NCBI GenBank assembly: GCA_031412495.1
Contig: JANODC010000086.1
Direction: 5' to 3' (one strand)
Length of the DNA stretch: 48,277 nt
Origin: Rhizobacter sp.
Lineage (GTDB): Bacteria > Pseudomonadota > Gammaproteobacteria > Burkholderiales > Burkholderiaceae_C
Below the pieces are notes generated by a model, which saw only the letters and a program-made list of their open reading frames with translations, did not search any database and was not told where the DNA came from. This document shows, in pieces, positions 28,117-37,613 of the stretch. A program made the translations under genes and the position numbers. The first letter of the stretch is position 1; every line of letters begins with the position of its first letter.

Positions 28117-29802
28117 ATGCCGGACCGCCCCGAGCGCGTGCTCATCTTCGCACCGGCCGGCCGCGACACGCAGGTGGCGCAGAGCGTTCTGGAGGCCAGC
28201 GGCACCGAGACCTCGGCCTGCTATTCGCTCCCTGCCCTGCTCGCCGAGATCGAGCAAGGCGTCGGCGCGGTGATCGTGACGGACGAAGCCATCGCCCAGG
28301 CGAACGTTCAGCCGCTGGCGAGCTGGTTGCGCGGCCAGCCGCCGTGGGCCGACCTGCCCTTCATCGTCCTCACCCGCCAGGGCGGCTCGATCGAGCGCAA
28401 CCCGGCGGCCGAGCGCCTGACCAGCGCGCTCGCCAACGTCAGCCTCCTGGAGCGTCCGTTCCATGCCACGACGCTGGTGAGCGTCGTCCGCTCGGCGCTG
28501 CGCGCGCGCCGGCGCCAGTACATGGCGCGCGACGCGCTCGACGAGCGCGACCGCCTCCTCGCCGAGCTCTCCGACGAACGCGGCGCACTCGAGCAGCGGG
28601 TGGCGGAGCGCACCGCCGACCTGGCCGCCGCCAACATCGTCCTCCAGCGCGAGATCGAGGCCAAGAACCGCGCCGAGAACCAGCTGCGCCAGTCGCAGAA
28701 GCTCGAGACGATGGGCCAGCTCGTCGGCGGCGTGGCGCACGACTTCAACAACCTGCTGATGGTGATCCTGTCGAGCCTCGAGCTGCTGCGCCGCCGCACC
28801 GGCAACGATCCGCTGACGCTGCGCCTGCTCGACAGCGCCCGGCGCGGCGCCGAGCGGGGCTCGGTCCTGACCAAGCGCCTGCTGGCCTTCGCACGCAAGC
28901 AGGACCTGGAGCCGGAGCGGACCGACCTGGTCGAGCTCGCGGCCGGCATGACCGACCTGCTGCATCGCTCGGTCGGCCCGCAGATCGAGATCGAGGTGCG
29001 CCACGAGAGCGAGGTCCCGGCCGTCATCGTCGACCGCATCCAGCTCGAGATGGCCTTGCTCAATCTCGTCGTCAACGCCCGCGACGCGCTCGCCGGCACG
29101 GGCCGGATCGCGATCGTGATCCGCCGCGAGCCCGACGTCGGCGCCGCCGAGGCGCCGCTGGCCGCCGGCGATTACGTCAGCATCGGCGTGGAGGACAGCG
29201 GCCCGGGGATGGACGCCGAGACCCTGCGCCAGGCGGTTGAGCCCTTCTTCTCCACCAAGGGCGTCGGTCAAGGCACCGGACTCGGGCTGTCGATGGTGCA
29301 CGGCATGGCGCGCCAGTCCGGCGGCGCCTTCGTGCTAAGGAGCCAGCCGGGGCAGGGCACGACGGCGAGCATCTGGCTGCCCTCGGCCGAGCACGTTGCC
29401 ATCCCGGCGCCGGCCGTGCCGAGCGCGCCGGTGCAGGCGCCGGCGCGCACCGGCACCATCCTCATGGTCGACGACGACGAGCTGGTCGCCGCGAGCACGG
29501 CAGCCATGCTCGAGGACCTGGGCTACGCCGTCGTGACGCGCCATTCGGCCCGGGAGGCCCTGGAGGTGCTCGGCAGCGGCACCGTTCCCGACCTCCTGCT
29601 GACGGACCAGGCGATGCCCGTCATGACCGGCGTGGAGCTGGCAGCCCAGGTGCGACGGCTTCGGCCGGGGCTGCCGATCCTGCTCGCCACCGGCTACGCC
29701 GAGCTGTCCGGCAGCGACCTGCAGGGGATGGCCAAGCTGACCAAGCCGTTCAGCCAGGCCGAGCTGGCGCGCGAGCTGAACCGGCTGCTGCTCAGCGCCT
29801 GA
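28117..29802 (+). CDS. Hybrid sensor histidine kinase/response regulator with a degenerate receiver-like N-terminus
   Basis: GGVAHDFNNLL, NLVVNARDA, DSGPGM, EPFFSTKG, GTGLGL; C-terminal receiver VDDD / LLTDQAMP / KPF; starts 4 nt after the KaiC-like stop. Confidence 0.92.
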   Translation: MPDRPERVLIFAPAGRDTQVAQSVLEASGTETSACYSLPALLAEIEQGVGAVIVTDEAIAQANVQPLASWLRGQPPWADLPFIVLTRQGGSIERNPAAERLTSALANVSLLERPFHATTLVSVVRSALRARRRQYMARDALDERDRLLAELSDERGALEQRVAERTADLAAANIVLQREIEAKNRAENQLRQSQKLETMGQLVGGVAHDFNNLLMVILSSLELLRRRTGNDPLTLRLLDSARRGAERGSVLTKRLLAFARKQDLEPERTDLVELAAGMTDLLHRSVGPQIEIEVRHESEVPAVIVDRIQLEMALLNLVVNARDALAGTGRIAIVIRREPDVGAAEAPLAAGDYVSIGVEDSGPGMDAETLRQAVEPFFSTKGVGQGTGLGLSMVHGMARQSGGAFVLRSQPGQGTTASIWLPSAEHVAIPAPAVPSAPVQAPARTGTILMVDDDELVAASTAAMLEDLGYAVVTRHSAREALEVLGSGTVPDLLLTDQAMPVMTGVELAAQVRRLRPGLPILLATGYAELSGSDLQGMAKLTKPFSQAELARELNRLLLSA

Positions 29803-29964
29803 CGGCCCCCGGCCGCGAGCGACGAGCGGCTTGAAAAACTGGCAAACCCCTGCAACTTTGGCCTTTCCGGCGGGCTCCAAAATTGCTTGCCAACCTATAC
29901 TGAGAACCAGATGTCGGATCGTTCACCGAAATCGCCCGCAAGGCGCGGGCCCGAGGGGTCGTTC

Positions 29965-31407
29965 ATGGGTGTGAAACTCAAGGTTGCCGGTTGGCTTGCG
30001 TTGGGCGCCGTTGCCGGCGCGCTCGCCACCATGCAGCTCGAAGCCACGGCGCGCAACACCGTCTCCCGGCTGCCCATCGAGGAGCTGCAGCAACTCGCCG
30101 CCGTCTTCGGCATGGTCAAGAGCGATTACGTCGAGGCCGTCGACGAGAAGAAGCTCATCAGCGACGCGATCGGCGGCATGGTCGCCGGCCTCGACCCGCA
30201 CTCGCAGTATTTCGACAAGAAGACCTTCCGCGAATTCCGGGAGGGCACCACCGGCCGCTTCGTCGGCATCGGCATCGAGATGGGCATGGAAGACGGCCTG
30301 GTGAAGGTCATCAGCCCGATCGAGGGCTCGCCCGCGTTCCGCGCCGGCCTGAAGAGCGGCGACCTGATCACCAAGATCGACGACACCCTGGTCAAGGGCC
30401 TGACCGTCGACCAGGCCGTCAAGCGAATGCGCGGCGAGCCGAACACCAAGGTCGTGCTGACCGTCTTCCGCAAGAACGAGGGGCGGACGTTCCCGGTCAA
30501 CATCGTGCGCGAGGAGATCCGCACCCAGAGCGTTCGCGCCAAGATGGTCGAGCCGGGCTACGGCTGGTTGCGCGTCAGCCAGTTCCAAGACCGGACGGTG
30601 GAGGACTTCACCAGCAAGCTGCAGGATCTGTACAAGCAGGACCCGAACCTCAAGGGCCTGGTGCTCGACCTCCGCAACGACCCCGGCGGCCTGCTCGAGG
30701 GCGCCATCGCCCTTTCGGCGGCGTTCCTGCCGGAAGGCTCGGTCGTGGTCAGCACCAACGGGCAGCTCGCCGACTCGCGGGCGACCTTCAAGGCATCGCC
30801 CGAGTTCTATCAGCGCCGCGGCGGCGCCGACCCGCTGAAGCGCTTGCCCGAGGCAATCAAGAAGGTGCCGCTCGTCGTCCTCGTCAACGAGGGCTCGGCG
30901 TCGGCCAGCGAGATCGTCGCGGGCGCGCTGCAGGACCACAAGCGCGCCACGATCATGGGCGCGCAGACCTTCGGCAAGGGCTCGGTGCAGACGGTTCGCC
31001 AGCTGTCGCCCGACACAGCGCTGAAGATCACGACCGCGCGTTACTACACGCCGAGCGGCGCGTCGATCCAGGCCAAGGGCATCGTTCCCGACGTCTTGCT
31101 CGACGAGAGTGCCGAAGGCAACCTGTTCGCTGCCCTGCGCACGCGCGAGGCCGACCTCGAGAAGCACCTGCAGAGCGGCCAGGGCGCCGAAGTCAAGGAC
31201 CCGGTCCGGGAGAAGGCGCGCGAGGAAGCGCGCAAGAAGTTCGAGGCCGAGACGGCCGCCCGTGGCGGCGTCCCGAAGCCGCCGCCCGAGTTTGGCAGTG
31301 CCGAGGACTTCCAGCTCGGTCAGGCGATCAACCGCCTGAAGGGCAAGACGGTGATGGCCAGCAAGACGGCCGTCGAGCGCAAGGCCGAGGTCGACACGAC
31401 GAACTGA
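29965..31407 (+). CDS. ctpA: Carboxyl-terminal processing protease, S41 family with PDZ domain
   Basis: LDPHS, GIGIEM (PDZ), LDLRNDPGG, SASASEIVAGALQD, TFGKGSVQ, YYTPSG; ATG preceded by GAGGGG. Confidence 0.95.
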   Translation: MGVKLKVAGWLALGAVAGALATMQLEATARNTVSRLPIEELQQLAAVFGMVKSDYVEAVDEKKLISDAIGGMVAGLDPHSQYFDKKTFREFREGTTGRFVGIGIEMGMEDGLVKVISPIEGSPAFRAGLKSGDLITKIDDTLVKGLTVDQAVKRMRGEPNTKVVLTVFRKNEGRTFPVNIVREEIRTQSVRAKMVEPGYGWLRVSQFQDRTVEDFTSKLQDLYKQDPNLKGLVLDLRNDPGGLLEGAIALSAAFLPEGSVVVSTNGQLADSRATFKASPEFYQRRGGADPLKRLPEAIKKVPLVVLVNEGSASASEIVAGALQDHKRATIMGAQTFGKGSVQTVRQLSPDTALKITTARYYTPSGASIQAKGIVPDVLLDESAEGNLFAALRTREADLEKHLQSGQGAEVKDPVREKAREEARKKFEAETAARGGVPKPPPEFGSAEDFQLGQAINRLKGKTVMASKTAVERKAEVDTTN

Positions 31408-31433
31408 ACGTGGCGCCCTGCGCCGTCGCTTCG

Positions 31434-31464
31434 ACGCCCGTGCGCCGCACGGGCGTTTTCTTTT
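31434..31464 (+). terminator. Intrinsic terminator after ctpA
   Basis: Stem-loop ACGCCCGTGC-gcc-GCACGGGCGT followed by TTTCTTTT. Confidence 0.8.
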
Positions 31465-31477
31465 GAGCGGCGGCGCC

Positions 31478-32236
31478 ATGCACGACGACGACCTGCTGCG
31501 CTACTCGCGCCACCTCCTGCTCGACGAGATCGGCATCGAGGGCCAGCGCCGGCTTCTCGCCGCCCATGCCCTCGTCGTCGGGGCCGGCGGCCTCGGCTCC
31601 CCGGCGCTGCTGTTTCTCGGCAGCGCCGGAGTCGGCCGGATCACGATCGCCGACGGGGACCGGGTCGACCTCACCAACCTGCAGCGCCAGATCGCGCACG
31701 ACCTGTCCCGGGTCGGCCGGCCCAAGGCGGCATCGGCGGCGGCCTCGATCGCCGCGATCAACCCGAACGTGGTCGTCAGCGTCGTCGACGAGCGCGTGAG
31801 CGGCGAACGCCTCGAGGCGCTGGTCGCGGCCACCGACGTGGTCCTGGACTGCAGCGACAACTTCGCCACCCGGCAGGCGCTCAATGCCGCATGCGTCGGG
31901 CATCGCAAGCCGCTGGTCGCCGGCGCGGCGATCGGCTTCACCGGGCAGATCTCGGTGTACGACACGCGCTCGTCCGGCTCGCCCTGCTATGCCTGCGCCT
32001 TCCCGCCCGACCCGGGATTCGAGGACGTGGCCTGCGCGACGATGGGCGTGTTCGCGCCGCTGGTCGGCATCATCGGCAGCATGCAGGCGGCCGAGGCCCT
32101 GAAGCTGCTGGCGGGCGTGGGCAGCTCGCTCGCCGGTCGCCTGCAGATGCTCGAGGCCCGGACGATGGAGTGGACCGAGCTTGGCCTGCCGCGCGACCCC
32201 GCCTGTGCCGTCTGCTCCACTCGGCCCGCGGGCTGA
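31478..32236 (+). CDS. moeB: HesA/MoeB/ThiF adenylyltransferase
   Basis: RYSRHLLL, VGAGGLGSP, DLTNLQRQI, DCSDNF, CYAC and CAVC zinc motifs. Confidence 0.9.
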   Translation: MHDDDLLRYSRHLLLDEIGIEGQRRLLAAHALVVGAGGLGSPALLFLGSAGVGRITIADGDRVDLTNLQRQIAHDLSRVGRPKAASAAASIAAINPNVVVSVVDERVSGERLEALVAATDVVLDCSDNFATRQALNAACVGHRKPLVAGAAIGFTGQISVYDTRSSGSPCYACAFPPDPGFEDVACATMGVFAPLVGIIGSMQAAEALKLLAGVGSSLAGRLQMLEARTMEWTELGLPRDPACAVCSTRPAG

Positions 32237-32254
32237 GGCCGCGCGCCGAGCCGC

Positions 32255-33223
32255 CTACTCGACCGTGATGTTCGCCGTCCGTATGACGGCGGCCCAGCGT
32301 GCCACCTCCTCGGCGAGGAAGGGCGCGAAGCGATCCGGCCCGCGCGCGTCGACGCGGAAGCCCTGGGCCCGCGCCCGCTCCTCGATGTCGGGCGCCGACA
32401 TGATCTTCACGACCTCGGCGCCGAGCTTCGCGACGATGGCATCGGACGTGCCGGCGGGCACCATCATCGCCGTCCAGTTCTCGACCAGCAGCGAAGGCAT
32501 GCCCGCTTCGGCCGTCGTCGGCACGTCGGGCACGGCCGGATGGCGGGAGCTGCTCGCCAGCGCCAGCGCGCGCAGCTTGCCGCTCTTGACGTGGGCGAAG
32601 GACTCCGGGAAATTGGAGAAGACGACGTCGAGCTGGCCGCCGATGAGGTCGGTCATCGACGGCGCGCCGCCCTTGTAGGGAACGTGCTGGATCTCGGTCT
32701 TCGCCAGGTCGTTGAAGAGGGCCAGGGTCAGGTGCGGCGGCGTCCCGTTGCCGCTCGAGCCGGCGTTCAGCTTCCTCGCCTTCGCCGCCGAGAGCAGGTC
32801 GCGGAAGGTCTGGATCGGGCTGGCCGCCGGGACGACGACGAGCATCGGCGAGCCGGCCATCAGCGCCACCGGCTTCAGGTCGCGCATGAAGTGGTACGGC
32901 GCCTTCGGGAACAGCGTCATGTTGGCCGCGTGGGTGAGCGTGATCGCCAGCAGCGTCTGCCCGTCCGGCGCCGCCTTCGCCACCGCGTCGGCGCCGATCT
33001 GGCCGCCGTTGCCCGCCTTGTTGTCGATCACGACGCCGACCTTCCAGCGCTCGGCGAGCTGCTGGCCGACCAGGCGCGCCATCACGTCGGTGAGGCCGCC
33101 GGGCGGAAACGGCACGACGTAGCGGAGGGTCGCGCCCGGCTTCGGATAGTCGGGGCCGGGCTGCGCGTTCGCGAGCACGGGCGCGGCGCCGAGCGCGGCG
33201 ATCAGGATCTGGCGTCGTTGCAT
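32255..33223 (-). CDS. Bug/TctC tripartite tricarboxylate transporter substrate-binding protein (candidate sulfolactate binder)
   Basis: VPFPPGGLTD, NKAGNGG, SSGNGTPPHL, HVPYKGGAP, PDVPT; last gene of the suyAB operon. Confidence 0.9.
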   Translation of the reverse strand: MQRRQILIAALGAAPVLANAQPGPDYPKPGATLRYVVPFPPGGLTDVMARLVGQQLAERWKVGVVIDNKAGNGGQIGADAVAKAAPDGQTLLAITLTHAANMTLFPKAPYHFMRDLKPVALMAGSPMLVVVPAASPIQTFRDLLSAAKARKLNAGSSGNGTPPHLTLALFNDLAKTEIQHVPYKGGAPSMTDLIGGQLDVVFSNFPESFAHVKSGKLRALALASSSRHPAVPDVPTTAEAGMPSLLVENWTAMMVPAGTSDAIVAKLGAEVVKIMSAPDIEERARAQGFRVDARGPDRFAPFLAEEVARWAAVIRTANITVE

Positions 33224-33238
33224 GGGGTCTCCTGAAGG

Positions 33239-34237
33239 CTAGGTCTGCCAGGCGGCGAGCACGGCGTCGGCGACGTCGATGCCGTCGACCTCGGCGCTGC
33301 GGAGCAGGGCCGCGCGGCGCGTGCCCGGCAGGCGCACGCCGTCGTCGCGCAGCATCTCGTCGACAAGATCCTCGATGCGGTCGAGAAAGGCGTCGCGTCC
33401 GGCGAGCGCGCCCGGATCGATGACGACGAACAGCTGGCCGATGCGCGGCCGGTTGCCTTCGTCGACGAAGAAGCTCGACGCCTCGAAGCCGAAGCTCGCG
33501 CCGACGAGCGCGCTCGCCAGCAGCTCCACCACCAGCGCCAGCATCGCGCCCTTGGGGCTCGAGGCGGCGCCGATCGGCAGCATCGAGCCGTCGAGCGCTG
33601 CCCTCGCGTCGGTGGTGGGCCGGCCGTCCTCGTCGAGGGCCCAGCCCGGCGGTATCGGCCGCCCTTCCCGAGCCGCCACCATCACCTTGCCGCGCGCCAC
33701 CTCGCTCAGGCTGAGGTCGATCATCAGCGACTCGCCGCGGCGCGGGAAGACGGCCGCGACAGGGTTGGTGCCGAAGATCGGGTGCCGGCCGCCGGCCGCG
33801 GGCATCGCCGCCGGCGAGTTGGCGAAGGCGAGGCCGACCATGCCGGCGGCGGCGGCGGGACGAAGGTGATCGACGATCACGCCTGCATGGTGGCTGTTGG
33901 TCACCCCGCTCAGGCCGACGCCGAACTCCGTCGCGCGTCGCACCGCTTCGCCGACCGCCAGCTCGCAGGCGGCAAAGGCGAGGCCGTCGCCGGCATCGAT
34001 CAGGGCGGTGGCCCCCTTGCCCGCGACGACCCGGGCGACGGCCGTGCCGTCGACGCGGCGGTTGCGAAGATGGGTCGCGTACTGGGCGACGCGGCTCATC
34101 CCGTGCGAGCCCAGGCCCTGCGCCTCGGCGAGGACCAGGGCCCGTGCCGTCGCTGCCGCCATCTCCGGACGCGCCCCGGCACGGGCCAGCGCCGCCTCGA
34201 CGCGCTCGCGCGCGGCAGTCAAAGTCAGCCTGGCCAT
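33239..34237 (-). CDS. comC: Ldh_2-family oxidoreductase, probable (2R)-3-sulfolactate dehydrogenase
   Basis: GLGSHG, NSHHAG, FGTNPVA, DLSLSEVARGK, PKGAMLAL, RLPG; operon context with suyAB. Confidence 0.78.
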   Translation of the reverse strand: MARLTLTAARERVEAALARAGARPEMAAATARALVLAEAQGLGSHGMSRVAQYATHLRNRRVDGTAVARVVAGKGATALIDAGDGLAFAACELAVGEAVRRATEFGVGLSGVTNSHHAGVIVDHLRPAAAAGMVGLAFANSPAAMPAAGGRHPIFGTNPVAAVFPRRGESLMIDLSLSEVARGKVMVAAREGRPIPPGWALDEDGRPTTDARAALDGSMLPIGAASSPKGAMLALVVELLASALVGASFGFEASSFFVDEGNRPRIGQLFVVIDPGALAGRDAFLDRIEDLVDEMLRDDGVRLPGTRRAALLRSAEVDGIDVADAVLAAWQT

Positions 34238-35160
34238 CAGCGCAGCGCCTCGAGCACCTTCTCGGCGATGAGGAAGGAGACGCGCTCGTTCGACTGCGCC
34301 GAGACGCCGGCGATGTGCGGCGTGAGCAGCAGGTTCGGGCAGCCGACGAGCGGGCTGCCGCCCGGCAACGGCTCGGTCGCGAAGACGTCGAGCGCCGCGC
34401 CGCCGAGGTGGCCGCTGCGCAGCGCCTCGGCGACGGCGGCCTCGTCGACGATGCCGCCGCGCGCCGTGTTGACGAGGATCGCGCCCGGCTTCATCGACGC
34501 GATGCGTGCGGCATTGAACAGGCCCCGGGTCGGCGCAACCAGCGGCACGTGCAGGCTGACAACGTCGGCCTCGGCCGTCAGCTCGCCGAGCGACACGGCG
34601 CGGACACCGGCCTCGACGAACGACGGATGGGCGGCGCCCAGAATCGCGTCGAAGGCGATCACGTCCATGCCGATGCCTTGCGCCAGCTTCGCCGTGATGC
34701 GGCCGATCGAGCCGAAGCCGACCAGGCCGAGCGTCTGCCCGCGCGCTTCGCGGCCGTTCGCCAGGGCATTGCGCGGCCACCAGCCTGACGCCACCTCGCC
34801 GCTCGACTGGTAGGCGCCGCGCAGCAGGAGCATCGCCGCCGTGACCACGTACTCGGCGACGGAGAGCGCGTTGGCCCCCGTCGCCGGGATGACCTGGATG
34901 GCGCGGGCGCGGCAGGCCTCGACATCGATGTTGTCGAGGCCGACACCGAGCCGGCCGATCACCTCGCATCGCACCAGCGCGGCGAGCAGCTCGCCGCGGA
35001 CCTGGGTCCGGTTGCGCACGATCAGGGCGTCGGCAGCGGCGGCTTCGGCGAGCAGTCGCGCGGCATCGTCGACGAGCGCCGGGTCGTAGAGCACGTCGTG
35101 GGCGCCGGCCAGGCGGGCGACCGCCCGCTCGTCCATGAACTCCGGGATGACGATGCGCAT
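34237..35160 (-). CDS. slcC: D-2-hydroxyacid dehydrogenase, probable (S)-sulfolactate dehydrogenase
   Basis: VRNRTQV, GRLGVGLDNID, GFGSIG, SLHVPL, NTARGG, LDVF..EP, TPHIAG; lies between suyB and comC. Confidence 0.72.
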   Translation of the reverse strand: MRIVIPEFMDERAVARLAGAHDVLYDPALVDDAARLLAEAAAADALIVRNRTQVRGELLAALVRCEVIGRLGVGLDNIDVEACRARAIQVIPATGANALSVAEYVVTAAMLLLRGAYQSSGEVASGWWPRNALANGREARGQTLGLVGFGSIGRITAKLAQGIGMDVIAFDAILGAAHPSFVEAGVRAVSLGELTAEADVVSLHVPLVAPTRGLFNAARIASMKPGAILVNTARGGIVDEAAVAEALRSGHLGGAALDVFATEPLPGGSPLVGCPNLLLTPHIAGVSAQSNERVSFLIAEKVLEALR

Positions 35161-35175
35161 CGGCGAGCGCCGCGG

Positions 35176-36351
35176 TCAGGCGCTCTCGTACAGGCGCGTC
35201 ATCACGAACTCGCGGTGGCCGAGGGCCTCGGCCGCGGTCAGCCGACCGTTGGCCGTGCGCAGCATGCACTCGAGCAGGTGGTCGCCGGCCTGGTCGAGGT
35301 TGATCTGGCGCTGCAGCAGCCCCGACGTGTCGACGTCGACGTGCTCGCTCATCAGGCGCACGGTGCGCGGGTTGGCGCAGATCTTGATGACCGGCAGGAT
35401 CGGGTTGCCGATGACGTTGCCCTGCCCGGTCGGGAAGAAATGCACCGCGTAGCCCGAGGCGGCGCACAGCGTCACCATCTCCGCCGCCGCGCTCGACGAA
35501 TCCATGAACCACAGGCCCGGGTGCGTCGGCATCTCGGCCTTGTCGAGGACGCCGTCGACGGTGCAGTGCTTGCCGATCTTCTGGATGTTGCCGAGCGCCT
35601 TCTCCTCGATCGTCGTCAGGCCGCCGGCGATGTTGCCCTTGGTCGGCTGCGAGTCGGAGAGGTCGCTGGTCTTGTGCCGGTTGATGACGTCCTGGTAGCG
35701 ATCGAACATGAACTGGAAGCGCTCGCGCACCGCGTCGCTGGCGCAGCGCGCGGCGACGATGTGCTCGCCGCCGGTGAGCTCGGTCGTCTCGCCGAAGCAG
35801 AGCGTGCTGCCGAGGGCGTGCAGCTTGTCGAAGGCGTTGCCGACGGTCGGGTTCGAGCCGCAGCCCGAGGTCGTGTCGCTCTCGCCGCACTTGGTCGAGA
35901 CCCAGAGCTCGTGGATGGGGCAGGCCTCGCGCTGCTTCTCGCTCGCCTGCTGCACGAACTCGCGCGCCGCCTTGGAGGCACGCATGATCGTCGCGTGGTC
36001 GCCGTGGCCTTCGATGCCGAAGCCGACCACGGGCTTGCCGGTGGTGGCGATGCCGTCCACCACGCGCTTGGTCCAGCCTTCCTCGATGCCGATGACGACG
36101 ACGGCGGCGACGTTCGGGTTGCAGCCGGCGCCGATCAGCGTGCGGAAGTGCAGCTCCAGGTCGGCGCCGAACTGCAGCCGCCCGTACGGGTGCGGAATCG
36201 CCAGGGCGCCCTTGATGTTGTGCGCCACCGCCTCCGCGGCCGAGTTCGACAGGTCGTCGAGCGGCAGGACGATGACGTGGTTGCGGACGCCGACGCGCCC
36301 GTTCTCGCGGCGGTAGCCGAGAAACGTGGATTCCTTCGATACGACTGCCAT
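35176..36351 (-). CDS. suyB: (R)-sulfolactate sulfo-lyase large subunit (UxaA family)
   Basis: [51 protein letters not shown]; follows a SAF subunit; sulfonate context. Confidence 0.85.
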   Translation of the reverse strand: MAVVSKESTFLGYRRENGRVGVRNHVIVLPLDDLSNSAAEAVAHNIKGALAIPHPYGRLQFGADLELHFRTLIGAGCNPNVAAVVVIGIEEGWTKRVVDGIATTGKPVVGFGIEGHGDHATIMRASKAAREFVQQASEKQREACPIHELWVSTKCGESDTTSGCGSNPTVGNAFDKLHALGSTLCFGETTELTGGEHIVAARCASDAVRERFQFMFDRYQDVINRHKTSDLSDSQPTKGNIAGGLTTIEEKALGNIQKIGKHCTVDGVLDKAEMPTHPGLWFMDSSSAAAEMVTLCAASGYAVHFFPTGQGNVIGNPILPVIKICANPRTVRLMSEHVDVDTSGLLQRQINLDQAGDHLLECMLRTANGRLTAAEALGHREFVMTRLYESA

Positions 36352-36353
36352 GG

Positions 36354-36635
36354 CTACCACCTCTTCGTCTTGACGTTGTGCACGTGGGCGTGCTCGCCCT
36401 TCCTGATCGGCGCGACGACCTTGCCCATGTCGATGCCGTACTTGACCACCGTGTCGCCGACGTTCATGTCCTTCAGGGCCACCTTGTGGCCGATCGGGAT
36501 GTCCTGCCGGGCGGCCACGTCGACCATCCTGTCCTCGTCCATGATCCAGCCGGTCATCGCCGTGCCTTCGGTGACGCCTTCGACCACGACCACGGCGACC
36601 GTGTCGCCAGCGTCATGCAAAACAAAATGAATCAT
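36354..36635 (-). CDS. suyA: Sulfolactate sulfo-lyase small SAF-domain subunit
   Basis: 93 aa; [39 protein letters not shown]. Confidence 0.85.
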   Translation of the reverse strand: MIHFVLHDAGDTVAVVVVEGVTEGTAMTGWIMDEDRMVDVAARQDIPIGHKVALKDMNVGDTVVKYGIDMGKVVAPIRKGEHAHVHNVKTKRW

Positions 36636-36703
36636 CCAGAGCTCCGGTGTCCTGCAACGGGGATCGCGATCATCGGCCGTTCGTTTCCCCCGCGTCAAGC
36701 AAC

Positions 36704-36715
36704 TCATCTAGATGA
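36704..36715. promoter_or_regulatory. Perfect palindrome TCATCTAGATGA, probable GntR operator
   Basis: Lies in the suyA/GntR divergent region, adjacent to a minus-strand TTGACG hexamer (36693-36698). Confidence 0.65.
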
Positions 36716-36755
36716 CCTGGACGGCGCCGGCGCCGGATGAGAGACTTTCCGGCTC

Positions 36756-37604
36756 ATGACGCGCCGCCGACCTTCCCCTGCCTTCACGGCGGCCGCTTCC
36801 CTGGCCGCCGGCGCGCCGCTCTACCGGGTCGTCAAGCGCAGCCTGCTCGCCGCGTTCGAGGCGGGCGCATTCCTGCCCGGCGACGCGCTGCCGAGCGAAG
36901 CGGAACTGGCGCGGCAGTTCGAGGTCTCGATCGGCACCCTGCGAAGGGCCGTCGACGAGCTGGTGGCCGAGCACATCCTGTCGCGTCGGCAGGGTCTCGG
37001 CACCTTTCTGGCGTCGCACAGCGCCAGCCGCTTCCTGTTCCAGTTCTTCCACGTCGAACGGGGCGACGGCTTGCGCGAGCAGCCGCAGGTCGAGCTGGTC
37101 TCCTTCGAGCGACTGCGCATCCCCGAAACGGCCGCCCTGGCGCTTCGCGTGCGCCCCGGCGAGCAGGGCATCCAGATAGAGAACCGCTTGAGTCTCCAGG
37201 GCCGGGCCGTCGTCCACGATCGCCTGATGCTGCCGTCGGCGCTCTTCAAGGGCCTGACCGAGAAGCGGGTGCGCGAGCGGCCGGGCACGATCTATCAGCT
37301 GTACCAGTCCGACTTCGGCATCACCGTCGTGCACGCCCTCGAGCGGTCGCGGGCCGGGCCGGCCGATCGGCTCACTGCCAAGGTGCTTCGCATCGCGCCG
37401 GGCACGCCGGTGATGCACGTGCACCGGACCGCGCTGACCTTCGGCGACCGTCCGGTCGAGTATCGACACTCGACCATCGACACGACGCGGCACGACTACG
37501 TGAACCTGCACAGCCGGTCGGGCCCCGGATCGGAGCCGGCACGCCTCTCCCTGCAGGAGCCCGCGCATCGCGCAACGCACGCACTGGAGCGACCCGGCGG
37601 GTAG
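36756..37604 (+). CDS. GntR/HutC-family regulator with UTRA domain (SuyR-like)
   Basis: PLYRVVK..LPSEAELARQFEVSIGTLRRAVDEL..RRQGLGTF; UTRA GTIYQLY, RPVEYR; divergent from suyA. Confidence 0.9.
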   Translation: MTRRRPSPAFTAAASLAAGAPLYRVVKRSLLAAFEAGAFLPGDALPSEAELARQFEVSIGTLRRAVDELVAEHILSRRQGLGTFLASHSASRFLFQFFHVERGDGLREQPQVELVSFERLRIPETAALALRVRPGEQGIQIENRLSLQGRAVVHDRLMLPSALFKGLTEKRVRERPGTIYQLYQSDFGITVVHALERSRAGPADRLTAKVLRIAPGTPVMHVHRTALTFGDRPVEYRHSTIDTTRHDYVNLHSRSGPGSEPARLSLQEPAHRATHALERPGG

Positions 37605-37613
37605 CCGCGTCCC

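Noticed and set aside
29830-29901. Sigma-32- or sigma-E-like promoter upstream of ctpA
   Set aside because: CTTGAAA/CCCC spacing is too short and the CAACTT...TCCAA match is loose. Only TATACT is clear, so no promoter class can be supported.
33239-35890. Apparent 883-aa fusion ending in ComC (likewise 12655-14652, 37614-39659, 38330-40420, 25031-26650)
   Set aside because: The N-terminal extensions are off-frame or antisense read-through over neighbouring genes. Real starts are marked by stop/start overlaps or domain boundaries. In the ATPase-amidase fusion, by contrast, both parts are real domains in one frame.
35176-36635. Altronate/galactarate dehydratase (uxaA/garD)
   Set aside because: Split SAF plus catalytic subunits with comC-like, slcC-like and hps neighbours fit SuyAB better.
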